DNA from: an uncultured candidate division Zixibacteria bacterium | GTDB lineage: Bacteria; Zixibacteria; MSB-5A5; UBA10806 | NCBI GenBank assembly: GCA_963817915.1 | Contig: CAWFQL010000003.1 | Location: forward strand, 57,414 to 121,413 | Direction of reading: 5' to 3' | Length of the DNA: 64,000 bases | In this document: positions 56,591 through 64,000 of the stretch, in pieces | How positions within the stretch are numbered: the first letter of the stretch is position 1 | Layout of the letters: each line of letters opens with the position of its first letter | Translations under genes and position numbers: made by a program | Notes under the pieces: model-generated | What the model saw: only the letters and a program-made list of their open reading frames with translations | Database searches by the model: none | What the model was told of the DNA's origin: nothing

Positions 56591-57367
56591 TTATAAGATT
56601 GCCCGAAGTTTCAAGACGTCCTTTTCTTTGCAGGAATCCATGCATTCGAGGCAATTGGTGCAATCCTTGTGTCTTATGACCTGGTGTTGATGAACTGGAA
56701 TATCGTGAATGCAAGCTTGAGAGCATTTCCCGCATGATGTACAACTGGAATTGTCTCGCGTGATTTTTACCAGTCCGAGCCTGCTGAAGGGATCGAATAT
56801 CGCTCCCATGGGGCAGAGATAACGGCAAAATGCCATCGGGATAACAAAAACCCCGACCACAATAACGCCCGTGACTAAAATTGAAATCAATCCGGCGCTG
56901 CCGTGTCCAAAGCCGGAGAATATCAGGTAAAAGGGATCGTATCCCCGCAAGACCAATTCGCCTGTCTTGTAAGTAAAATATAGCGCGAATATCAGAACAG
57001 GATAACGGATGAATTTCAGAGCGGAATCGATTTTGCGATTTATCCGGGGCCGCTTTTTCCAGGTGACTCCACCCAGCCTTCCAAGCAATTCGCTCAAAAA
57101 CCCAATCGGACAAGCCCAGCCGCAAAATGATTTTTTGACAATCAAAACAAGCGCGAGCATTGCCAGCATCAGCGAAAGATTGAGAGGTCCGAGGGCGCAG
57201 GAAAATTCACCAGCCTTAATGAGTCCCCAAAGGCTTTCCGCTCCCCCGAAGGGACAGTAATCCTCAAAGGATCGGCTTCCAAAGCCCAGCGCCAAATAGA
57301 TAACTATCCCTAATATCAATGTCATTAAGGTGTAGCGAATGTATCTGCTCTTGATCGAAGTCATCAA
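56591..57367 (-). CDS. NapH/MauN/CcoG-like polyferredoxin-type iron-sulfur membrane protein
   Basis: 258 aa, 4-6 TM helices. Cys motifs CGWACPIG and CRYLCPMG in the membrane region. C-terminal CxxCxxC...C clusters (CTSCGKCSQAC; CTNCLECMDSC). Confidence 0.7.
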   Translation of the reverse strand: MMTSIKSRYIRYTLMTLILGIVIYLALGFGSRSFEDYCPFGGAESLWGLIKAGEFSCALGPLNLSLMLAMLALVLIVKKSFCGWACPIGFLSELLGRLGGVTWKKRPRINRKIDSALKFIRYPVLIFALYFTYKTGELVLRGYDPFYLIFSGFGHGSAGLISILVTGVIVVGVFVIPMAFCRYLCPMGAIFDPFSRLGLVKITRDNSSCTSCGKCSQACIHDIPVHQHQVIRHKDCTNCLECMDSCKEKDVLKLRAIL

Positions 57368-57547
57368 ATTATCCCCTTATTAAGTTGCCGGCCTCCGCAC
57401 CTTTTTGAATTCCGCAAAGCGGAAAATTATTTCAACGTATATGTGTTATGGATGTTCCATAAGGGTGGAAAATAATACTATCAATTCCCACCCGACAGCA
57501 GGGTAGCTTGGTGAAGTTAGATTTTTCGCGACGCGAAGAAATCGAAT

Positions 57548-58933
57548 CTACAAATTCTGCCCGATATGCCTCTTGATGAATTTCCCGTGGCCAATTTCGC
57601 CGACGAATTTGCCCTTTTGAGCCACTATTTTCCCGCGGCTGATAGTCGTATCGGGGTAGCCGGTCAGCTTGAAATTCTCGAATGGCGACCAGTCGCAATT
57701 GGTCTGCAGATTCTTATGAGACAATGTCACTTTTCTCAGCGGATCGAAAATCACCAGATCAGCATCGGAGCCGACTGCGATCGTGCCTTTCTCAGGGTAT
57801 AGTCCCATCAGCTTGGCGGGATTGGTGCAGAGATTTTTCACAAGCTGTGATTCAGTGATCCGTTTCTTGCCAACTCCATAGCTGTACATCAACGGTAGCA
57901 ACGTTTCCACACCAGGCAGTCCGAATGGGATTTTCGTGAAATCACCCTGCCACATTGCCTTTTGCTTGGTCGTAAACGTGCAGGTATCGGTCGCGATAGT
58001 CGAAATATCACCATCGGCAATCGCCTGCCATAATCTATCGGAATCTACTTTTTTCTTAATCTGCGGGCAGGTCGCGTAGAGATGGCCGTTCGGTTTTTTG
58101 AAAACTGAATTGTCTAAAAGCAGATACTGCGGGCAGGTCTCGGCATAGACATTCAGGCCGCGCGCCTTGGCCTTTTTGATAATCTCAGCGCCTTCGGCCG
58201 TTGACATATGTACGATATACAATTTGCCATTAGTCGCTTCGGCCCAGGTAACCGCGCGCTGGATTGCCTCGGCCTCGACATAATTAGGCCTTGAAAGCAC
58301 ATGGGCATAGGCGCCATGTTTTTTCATATCTTTCGGATTATGGAAACGGTTGATCAGCAAATCCAAAACCCTGACCGATTCAGCATGCACTCCGACCATT
58401 CCGCCGAAAGAGCCCGTCTCCTCCAATGCGTCAAAAAGCGCGTCGTCGTCGCTGATCATCCCTTCCTTGGCGTAAATCATAAACATCTTGAATGTGGTAA
58501 AACCATCGGCGGCGAGCTTCTTTAATTCGCCTTTGGTTTTGTCATTCCAGTCTGTTGGCACGGCATGCAATGAATAATCGATAGCGACTTTGCCATCAGC
58601 TTCGGCCATTCTGGAATCGACTGCCTCTCTGATAGTCTTGCCTTTTTTCTGAATGGCGAAATCGATAACGGTAGTTACTCCGCCGCAGGCTGCCGCCTTA
58701 GTGCCGTTCTCGAAATCGTCCGCAGACACTGTTCCGCAAAATGGCAACTGCAAGTGGACATGAACATCGATCGCGCCCGGGAAGATGACCATTCCTTTGG
58801 CGTCGATTGTCTTCTTAGCATCGCCGGGAAGCGACTGCGCTATGGCCTTGATTCTCCCTTTTTCGATACCGATATCGGCTCTGTAGCTTCCCTCGGTCGT
58901 GACAATTTTTCCGCCGGTAATTTTTAGATCCAT
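57548..58933 (-). CDS. Dihydropyrimidinase / D-hydantoinase (cyclic amidohydrolase)
   Basis: Start at ATG 58933 (ggaggaacaATG; the ORF extends to 58951). MDLKITGGKIVT...GAIDVHVHLQLPFCGTVSADDFENGTKAAACGGVTTVIDF is canonical for the family. Confidence 0.85.
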   Translation of the reverse strand: MDLKITGGKIVTTEGSYRADIGIEKGRIKAIAQSLPGDAKKTIDAKGMVIFPGAIDVHVHLQLPFCGTVSADDFENGTKAAACGGVTTVIDFAIQKKGKTIREAVDSRMAEADGKVAIDYSLHAVPTDWNDKTKGELKKLAADGFTTFKMFMIYAKEGMISDDDALFDALEETGSFGGMVGVHAESVRVLDLLINRFHNPKDMKKHGAYAHVLSRPNYVEAEAIQRAVTWAEATNGKLYIVHMSTAEGAEIIKKAKARGLNVYAETCPQYLLLDNSVFKKPNGHLYATCPQIKKKVDSDRLWQAIADGDISTIATDTCTFTTKQKAMWQGDFTKIPFGLPGVETLLPLMYSYGVGKKRITESQLVKNLCTNPAKLMGLYPEKGTIAVGSDADLVIFDPLRKVTLSHKNLQTNCDWSPFENFKLTGYPDTTISRGKIVAQKGKFVGEIGHGKFIKRHIGQNL

Positions 58934-58958
58934 TGTTCCTCCATTGGTCAAATTGCTA

Positions 58959-60186
58959 TTATGCCGCCACTAACGAAACACAGTCCCAAACAGGGCATAC
59001 CTGAACACAAAGCGAGCATCCTGTGCATTTCTGCTTGTCGACTTTCGGAATCCTGTCCGCGCCGGATGATATCGCCTGATAGCCGGCGTCGCGGCAAGAG
59101 ACCACGCAGCGATCGCATTTTACGCAGGCTGATTCGTTGATCGATGAGACCAATCGCTTTTTTCGTTCGAGCCCTATATGGTCGGTTAGTTTCGGCAATG
59201 ATTTTCCAACAAAATCCTTTATCGTTCCGAAGTCATGGTCTTCCATGAATCCGGAAAGCCCTTCTTTCAATTCATCGATAATCCCGAAACCGCGAAACAT
59301 GACCGCCGTGCAGATTTGTAACGACGATGCTCCCAGCAGAATAAATTCCGCGGCATCGCTCCAGGTCTCGATTCCCGCCGATACCCGAAATAGGTACATG
59401 CAATTCCGAGGCTATATTAGCCACCGCCTTCAACGCGATCGGCTTGATGGCCGGACCGGAATATCCGCCGTGAGTACTCTTGCCGAAGACATTCGGGTAG
59501 GGAGTCAATGTTTCCAAATCGATACCCGTGATAACGGCTACAGTATTAATCGCCGAAATTGCATCGGCGCCGCCATCGACAGCCGCGCGAGCCGGGACTC
59601 GGATATCGGTTATATTGGGTGTCATCTTGGCAATCACCGGAATCGTGCAGGCCTGCTTTACCCATGATGTCGCCGTCTTGACGATTTCCGGATTCTGTCC
59701 GATAGCGGCCCCCATCCCTTTTTCGGGCATTCCATGGGGACATGAGAAATTGAGCTCCAGCATATCTGCTCCAGCCGCCTGGCACATCCTAGCCAACTCC
59801 TGCCAGCCGGTCTTGTCTTTGCCGCCCGCCATGATACTGGCGATTAGCAGATGCTTGGGATAGCTTTTCTTGATATCCTCGATCTCTTTCAGCCAGATAT
59901 TCAACGGCCTATCGGTTATCAATTCGATATTTTGAAGGCCATACAGCTTTTTGGCCTCATCGCTTTTTCCGGGGAACGACAGCGATGCCAGCCGCGGAGT
60001 GACATTGGCCATGAGATCGCGGTCATGCCCCAATGTCTTAGTGACCGCCCCGCCCCATCCGGCCTCGAACGCTCTTTTGATCATCTCGCCCGTTCCGGTC
60101 GGCGGCGCGGATGATAGCATGAACGGGTTCATCATTTCGAAGCCGCAGAAATTGGTTTTGAGATCTATCTTTTTTGCGATTCTCAT
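58959..60186 (-). pseudogene. preA: preA-like NAD-dependent dihydropyrimidine dehydrogenase subunit (DHOD-like TIM barrel plus 2x[4Fe-4S]), carrying a single-base frameshift
   Basis: Track ORFs 59272-60186 (…SCPHGMP…LHVPISGIGG) and 58959-59399 (IETWSDAAEFILLGASSLQICTAVM…CVKCDRCVVSC…CTGCSLCVQVCP) overlap. A contiguous PreA needs …GIGGIETW…. The sequence has ggcgggAatcgagacctgg, one extra base after GGCGGG (~59395). Confidence 0.75.
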
Positions 60187-61512
60187 GTCGATCCTCCCTT
60201 GCCGGATCCTTGTGTTGTCCGATTTTTCAGGTATTCGTCTATTCCATGAGCCGCGCGTCTTCCCTCGGCCACAGCCTGAACCGCCGTCGCCCCGCCATTG
60301 ACCGCATCGCCTCCCGCGTAAATGCCCGGCATGGATGTCGCGCCTGTTTCTTTATCTATAACAACCAGGCCGCGTGAATCTGTTTTTATTTTATCGATTT
60401 CTTTAAATGTCGCTCCCTGGCCTATTGCCAGAAGAACATCATCCACCATTATTTCCTCGTCGGAGCCATCTATAATGACAGGTATAGGACGGCCTGATTT
60501 GTCGGGTTCGCCCGGTTTGGTCTTTTTGAATATCGCCTTGATTTCGCCGTCATGTATCTGGAATTTCGAGGGTGCATAATTGAATTTAAAAATCACGCCG
60601 GATTTTTTCGCCGAATCAATTTCCGATTTGAATGCCGGCATATCCGTCTCGCCGCGCCTGTAATAAATCCTTACATTCACTCCGGAAATTCGTGCGCTTT
60701 GGGCGGCATCGATAGCGGTATTGCCTCCGCCGATGACGATCACATTTTTGCCAAGAGTAATTACAGGCGGCTTATCGTGCAATTCCGCGATCCTGCGATC
60801 CTTGAGAAATGTAACCGCTTGATAAATATGTTCGAGATGAGCGCCTTCGATATCAAGATCAATAGGCTTGTATGCTCCAACTCCGATAAATATGGCATCA
60901 TGTTTTGCTTGAATTTCGGCCAGGCTATTTATTTTGGAATTCGTGATAATCTTGGCTCCCATGGCCTTTATATATTCGATTTCATCGTTGACAATTTCTC
61001 GATTGAGGCGATATGATGGTATCCCGTATGTCAAAATCCCTCCCGGCAGATCTTCAGCTTCGTGGATTTCAACATTATATCCCAGACGGCACAACTCGAA
61101 TGCCGCCGCAAGCCCCGCCGGGCCCGAGCCGATTACTCCGACTGACATTCCGTTAGGCTCATCCGCTGACAGCAGGCTCATGCCTTGTTGCCTGTCATAT
61201 TCGGCAACAAATCTCTGCAATGCCCCAATCTCGATCGGCTTTCTGCATTTTGGTGGTGCAGCGAAATTCGCAAAGCTCGCCGACCGGGCAAATCAAGGCG
61301 CATGTTCCGGCCAGGACATTATATTCGCGGACAGTCTTTATCGCCCCGCGAAAATTTCGCTGGGCTATCTGACGAATGAATTTAACTATATCATTCGATG
61401 CCGGACAGCCATCGCGGCAGGGTGCGTCATTGCACGATAGACAACGCGAAGCCTCGGCCACCGCCTCCTGAGGAGTCAGGAGCGGAGGATGATGATCATT
61501 CTCAGATGCCAT
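60183..61512 (-). pseudogene. preT: preT-like dihydropyrimidine dehydrogenase / GltD-like subunit, carrying a single-base frameshift
   Basis: Track ORFs 61195-61512 (N-terminal Cys clusters CLSCNDAPC...C; GTCALICPVGELCEFRC) and 60183-61220 (VGVIGSGPAGLAAAFEL…GATAVQAVAEGRRAA). The alternate frame reads …KPIEIGALQRFVAEYD across the junction. One extra base near aaaGccgatcgag (~61215) separates the two halves. Confidence 0.75.
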
Positions 61513-61524
61513 TTCAGCCTTGTA

Positions 61525-62820
61525 TTATGCGACCTTTTTAAATACCGAATCGAGAATCGCCAACGCCTTATCAATATCGCCGGTTTCGATATTGAGCGGG
61601 GGAGTGATTCTAAGGACATTGCCGTATAATCCGCCCTTGCCGATTAAAAGTCCGGCTTCTTTCGTCAATTCGAATATCTTCACGACTGTATCGGAGTCGG
61701 GTATCTTCTTATCGCCGACAATCTCGACACCGATCATCAGTCCCATCCCGCGAACATCGCCGATCTTCTTATATTTCTTTTGCATTTGACGAAGCGCGCC
61801 GAAGAAATAATCACCATTCTTGGCAACACGGTCGAGAAGCTTCTCATTCTCCACAACCTCGATTGTCGCCAGCGCCGCTGTGCAAGAAACCGGATTTCCG
61901 CCGAATGTCGAAATCGAAAGGCCGGTCATCGAAGCCGCCACTTCCGGCGTGGCAATTGTCCCGCCGATCGGGAAACCGTTGGCCATACCCTTGGCGAATG
62001 TCATTATCTCCGGCTCTACACCCCAATGCTCTATACCGAACATCTTGCCGCCGGTCCGTCCAAAGCCTGTTTGTACTTCATCGCAAATAAAGACGCCGCC
62101 GTATTTTCGAATTATATCGACAGCGACTTTGAAATATTCTTTCGGGGGGGTAATAAATCCGCCGACACCCTGTATCGGTTCAGCTATAAATCCGGCAATT
62201 TTACCGGATGTGGTTGTCTGAATCATTTCCTCTAAATCGTGGGCGCAGGCCAGATCGCAAGCCGGGTATTCGAGATGGAATGGACATCGATAGCAATACG
62301 GATTATGAAGGTGCTTGATGCCGGGCACGGTGCTTCCCACCTGACGCCATTTGCTATGCGCTGTCAAATTCTGCGCCAGCACCGAACGGCCGCTATAAGC
62401 GTGACGAAGCGCGATTATCTCATCGCAACCGGTGAATTTTTTGGCCGCCAGGACACCTGTTTCATCGGCTTCGGTGCCGGAATTGGTGAAGAAGCTCTGT
62501 TTTAATTTGCCGGGTGTTATCTGCGCAAGTTTCTCCGCCAGCTGAACCTGCGGAATTGTCTGATATAATGTCGATGTATGCTGAAGCTTGCCTATCTGCT
62601 CGGTTACTTTGGAATTCACATGCGGATTCGAATGCCCCAGCATGGTTGTCAATATTCCGCAAAAGAAATCGAGATATTCTTTGCCGTCGTTATCGTACAC
62701 ATATTGATTCTTTCCCGATTTCGCTATTATGGGCTCGGCGTAGTAATTGGCCACACAGGGCATCAGGAATTCTTTATTTTTCTTTCTAATTTCAGAGGAA
62801 TCCATAAGATCATGCTCCAA
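61525..62820 (-). CDS. Class-III aminotransferase (beta-alanine / 3-aminoisobutyrate-type omega-aminotransferase by context)
   Basis: 431 aa. PLP-site region FICDEVQTGFGRTGGKMFG and overall fold-type I layout. Confidence 0.75.
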   Translation of the reverse strand: MEHDLMDSSEIRKKNKEFLMPCVANYYAEPIIAKSGKNQYVYDNDGKEYLDFFCGILTTMLGHSNPHVNSKVTEQIGKLQHTSTLYQTIPQVQLAEKLAQITPGKLKQSFFTNSGTEADETGVLAAKKFTGCDEIIALRHAYSGRSVLAQNLTAHSKWRQVGSTVPGIKHLHNPYCYRCPFHLEYPACDLACAHDLEEMIQTTTSGKIAGFIAEPIQGVGGFITPPKEYFKVAVDIIRKYGGVFICDEVQTGFGRTGGKMFGIEHWGVEPEIMTFAKGMANGFPIGGTIATPEVAASMTGLSISTFGGNPVSCTAALATIEVVENEKLLDRVAKNGDYFFGALRQMQKKYKKIGDVRGMGLMIGVEIVGDKKIPDSDTVVKIFELTKEAGLLIGKGGLYGNVLRITPPLNIETGDIDKALAILDSVFKKVA

Positions 62821-62832
62821 TCTATGTTGTCA

Positions 62833-63711
62833 TTACGGCAATAGCCGTTCCAAATCACCATAAGTTTCCGGTCTGCGGTCACGGTAGAATTGCCAGACAT
62901 TGCGGACTTCCAATATCAAATCGAAATCGATTTCGGCGACTACGACTTCATCGGTATCTCGCTTGGCCTGCGCGATTATCTTGCCGCGCGGATCGCAGAA
63001 ATAGCTTTTGCCGTAGAATTCGCCGATATTCCAGGGCATCTCACGACCGACACGATTAATCGCTCCGATAAAATACCCGTTGGCAACGGCATGCGCCGGT
63101 TGTTCGAGTTCCCATAAATATTCCGAAAGCCCGGCGACTGTCGCCGATGGATTGAATACAATTTCCGCGCCATTCATTCCGAGTATACGCGCGCCTTCCG
63201 GGAAATGACGATCATAGCAGATATAAACTCCGACCATTCCGTATTGAGTCTTGAAAACAGGATATCCCAGATTGCCGGGCTTGAAATAGAATTTTTCCCA
63301 GAATCCCGGCTGTACATGGGGTATATGATTCTTTCTGTATTTTCCGAGATATGTGCCATCGGCGTCGATGACTGCCGCGGTATTATAGTAGACGCCCGCC
63401 ATGACACTCTCATAAATCGGCACCACTATCACCATGCCATGCTTCTTGGCGACTTCCTGCATAAGCTTCGTTGTCGGGCCGTCGGGGATTGGTTCGGTCA
63501 GGGCGTACCATTTTGTGCTTTGCTCCGCCGCGAAATATGGGCCGTAGAAAAGCTCCTGCATGCAGAGGATTTTTACATTTTTGCTGGCCGCCTGCTCGAT
63601 TAGCTTTAAATGTTTTTCTATAGCGTCTTTTTTAATTTTTTCAACCGGGTCATCGATTTTAAATGGAGGGTTTATAGACTGAATCAAACCACAGATTACT
63701 TTCCGTGCCAT
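62833..63711 (-). CDS. Beta-ureidopropionase-like carbon-nitrogen hydrolase (nitrilase superfamily)
   Basis: 292 aa. The Glu-Lys-Cys catalytic-triad context (…ILCMQELF…KYRKNHIP…GVYICYDRHFPE…) matches N-carbamoyl-beta-alanine amidohydrolases. Confidence 0.7.
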   Translation of the reverse strand: MARKVICGLIQSINPPFKIDDPVEKIKKDAIEKHLKLIEQAASKNVKILCMQELFYGPYFAAEQSTKWYALTEPIPDGPTTKLMQEVAKKHGMVIVVPIYESVMAGVYYNTAAVIDADGTYLGKYRKNHIPHVQPGFWEKFYFKPGNLGYPVFKTQYGMVGVYICYDRHFPEGARILGMNGAEIVFNPSATVAGLSEYLWELEQPAHAVANGYFIGAINRVGREMPWNIGEFYGKSYFCDPRGKIIAQAKRDTDEVVVAEIDFDLILEVRNVWQFYRDRRPETYGDLERLLP

Positions 63712-63731
63712 CGTGATATACCCCTTTCTTA

Positions 63732-64000
63732 TTAAAACCAGCGAGAGATAATTACTCTCTTGTCTGTATAGAATTCGACTCCATCTCGTCCGTACGCTTT
63801 CAGGTCGCCGAAGAATGATCTCTTGGTGCCGCCAAACATGAAGAACGCCATAGGCGCGGCAATACCGATATTGACTCCGATCATTGAAATCCCGGCCTCG
63901 TATTTGAATTTGCGGACATCTTTGCCGCTCGATGTGAATATCGCGGTCGCGTTGCCATACTCATTTTCATTAATCAGCTTCAATGCTTCATCGATATTTT
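63732..64000 (-). CDS. C-terminal end of an aldehyde dehydrogenase (methylmalonate-semialdehyde dehydrogenase-like). The gene continues beyond the window.
   Basis: …NATAIFTSSGKDVRKFKYEAGISMIGVNIGIAAPMAFFMFGGTKRSFFGDLKAYGRDGVEFYTDKRVIISRWF* matches the MmsA C-terminus. Confidence 0.6.
   Translation of the reverse strand, partial: NIDEALKLINENEYGNATAIFTSSGKDVRKFKYEAGISMIGVNIGIAAPMAFFMFGGTKRSFFGDLKAYGRDGVEFYTDKRVIISRWF

Noticed and set aside
56220-57125. 301-aa track ORF on the minus strand
   Set aside because: Its N-terminal two-thirds overlap the well-supported NapH-like gene (56591-57367) in another frame and are Arg/Ser-rich low-complexity sequence. Only the C-terminal ~100 aa look like a real domain, discussed as a small frameshifted gene.

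Overview
This window reads as a metagenome-style contig of roughly 50% GC, with lower-GC islands, from a Gram-negative anaerobe that uses a type IX secretion system (T9SS). At least three proteins end in the T9SS C-terminal sorting domain (the 'NYPNPFNPSTTI...K' type), which points to the FCB superphylum; the exact lineage cannot be determined from this sequence alone. I found no rRNA, tRNA or CRISPR array. Genes present, in order:

- **IS200/IS605 element (1-575):** its TnpA ORF is in-frame upstream-adjacent to the orphan 3' end of a T9SS-cargo gene (571-912), consistent with the IS having truncated it.
- **Aminoacyl-phosphatidylglycerol module (2219-6436):** a split MprF-like synthase, a separate flippase-like protein and an AcvB/VirJ-type hydrolase, plus a Mop protein and a VIT-family iron/manganese transporter upstream.
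- **Seven-gene chaperone-usher operon (6811-13565, minus strand):** five paralogous SCPU-type (Csu-like, archaic/sigma class) pilin genes, a PapD-like chaperone and an usher.
- **Miscellaneous single genes:** a membrane metallophosphoesterase, MobB, an M32 carboxypeptidase, a PerR-like Fur regulator with a 2-Cys peroxiredoxin, a ComB-like phosphatase, GcvT, and a T9SS-secreted SBBP beta-propeller protein.
- **Defence gene (19382-21637):** a lower-GC GmrSD-like type IV restriction protein (DUF262 + DUF1524) with an extra C-terminal AlbA_2/Schlafen-like domain, bracketed by dense clusters of REP-like hairpins that begin with GTAG.
- **Multiheme cytochrome locus (33.7-44.5 kb), the main finding:** a membrane protein with histidines in its TM helices, a ~20-heme cytochrome, a ~1500-aa cytochrome built from ~16 tandem 72-aa (216-bp) modules carrying three CxxCH each (~60 haems in total, reading frame broken at four or more points), a 10-heme cytochrome, an outer-membrane beta-barrel ending in Phe, and a ferredoxin-flavoprotein oxidoreductase. 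Together these look like a porin-cytochrome extracellular electron transfer conduit.
- **Surface and secretion genes (44.5-52 kb):** a 1480-aa gingipain-like C25 peptidase with a T9SS C-terminal domain, an LVIVD-repeat lipoprotein and an O-antigen-ligase-like protein.
- **Second haem/FeS cluster (54.7-57.4 kb):** a 7-CxxCH cytochrome plus a NapH-like FeS membrane protein.
- **Reductive pyrimidine catabolism operon (57.5-64 kb):** dihydropyrimidinase, preA, preT, an aminotransferase, beta-ureidopropionase and the 3' end of mmsA.

The non-coding DNA is unusually structured. It contains several families of GTAG-prefixed palindromic REP/BIME-like elements, a ~70-nt nested-hairpin element in three copies with compensatory base changes, and a 4x tandem array of a ~122-bp unit. 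There are frameshifts in the radical SAM gene, the giant cytochrome, preA, preT and a small ORF. Whether these are real pseudogenes or assembly/sequencing errors cannot be decided from the sequence alone.
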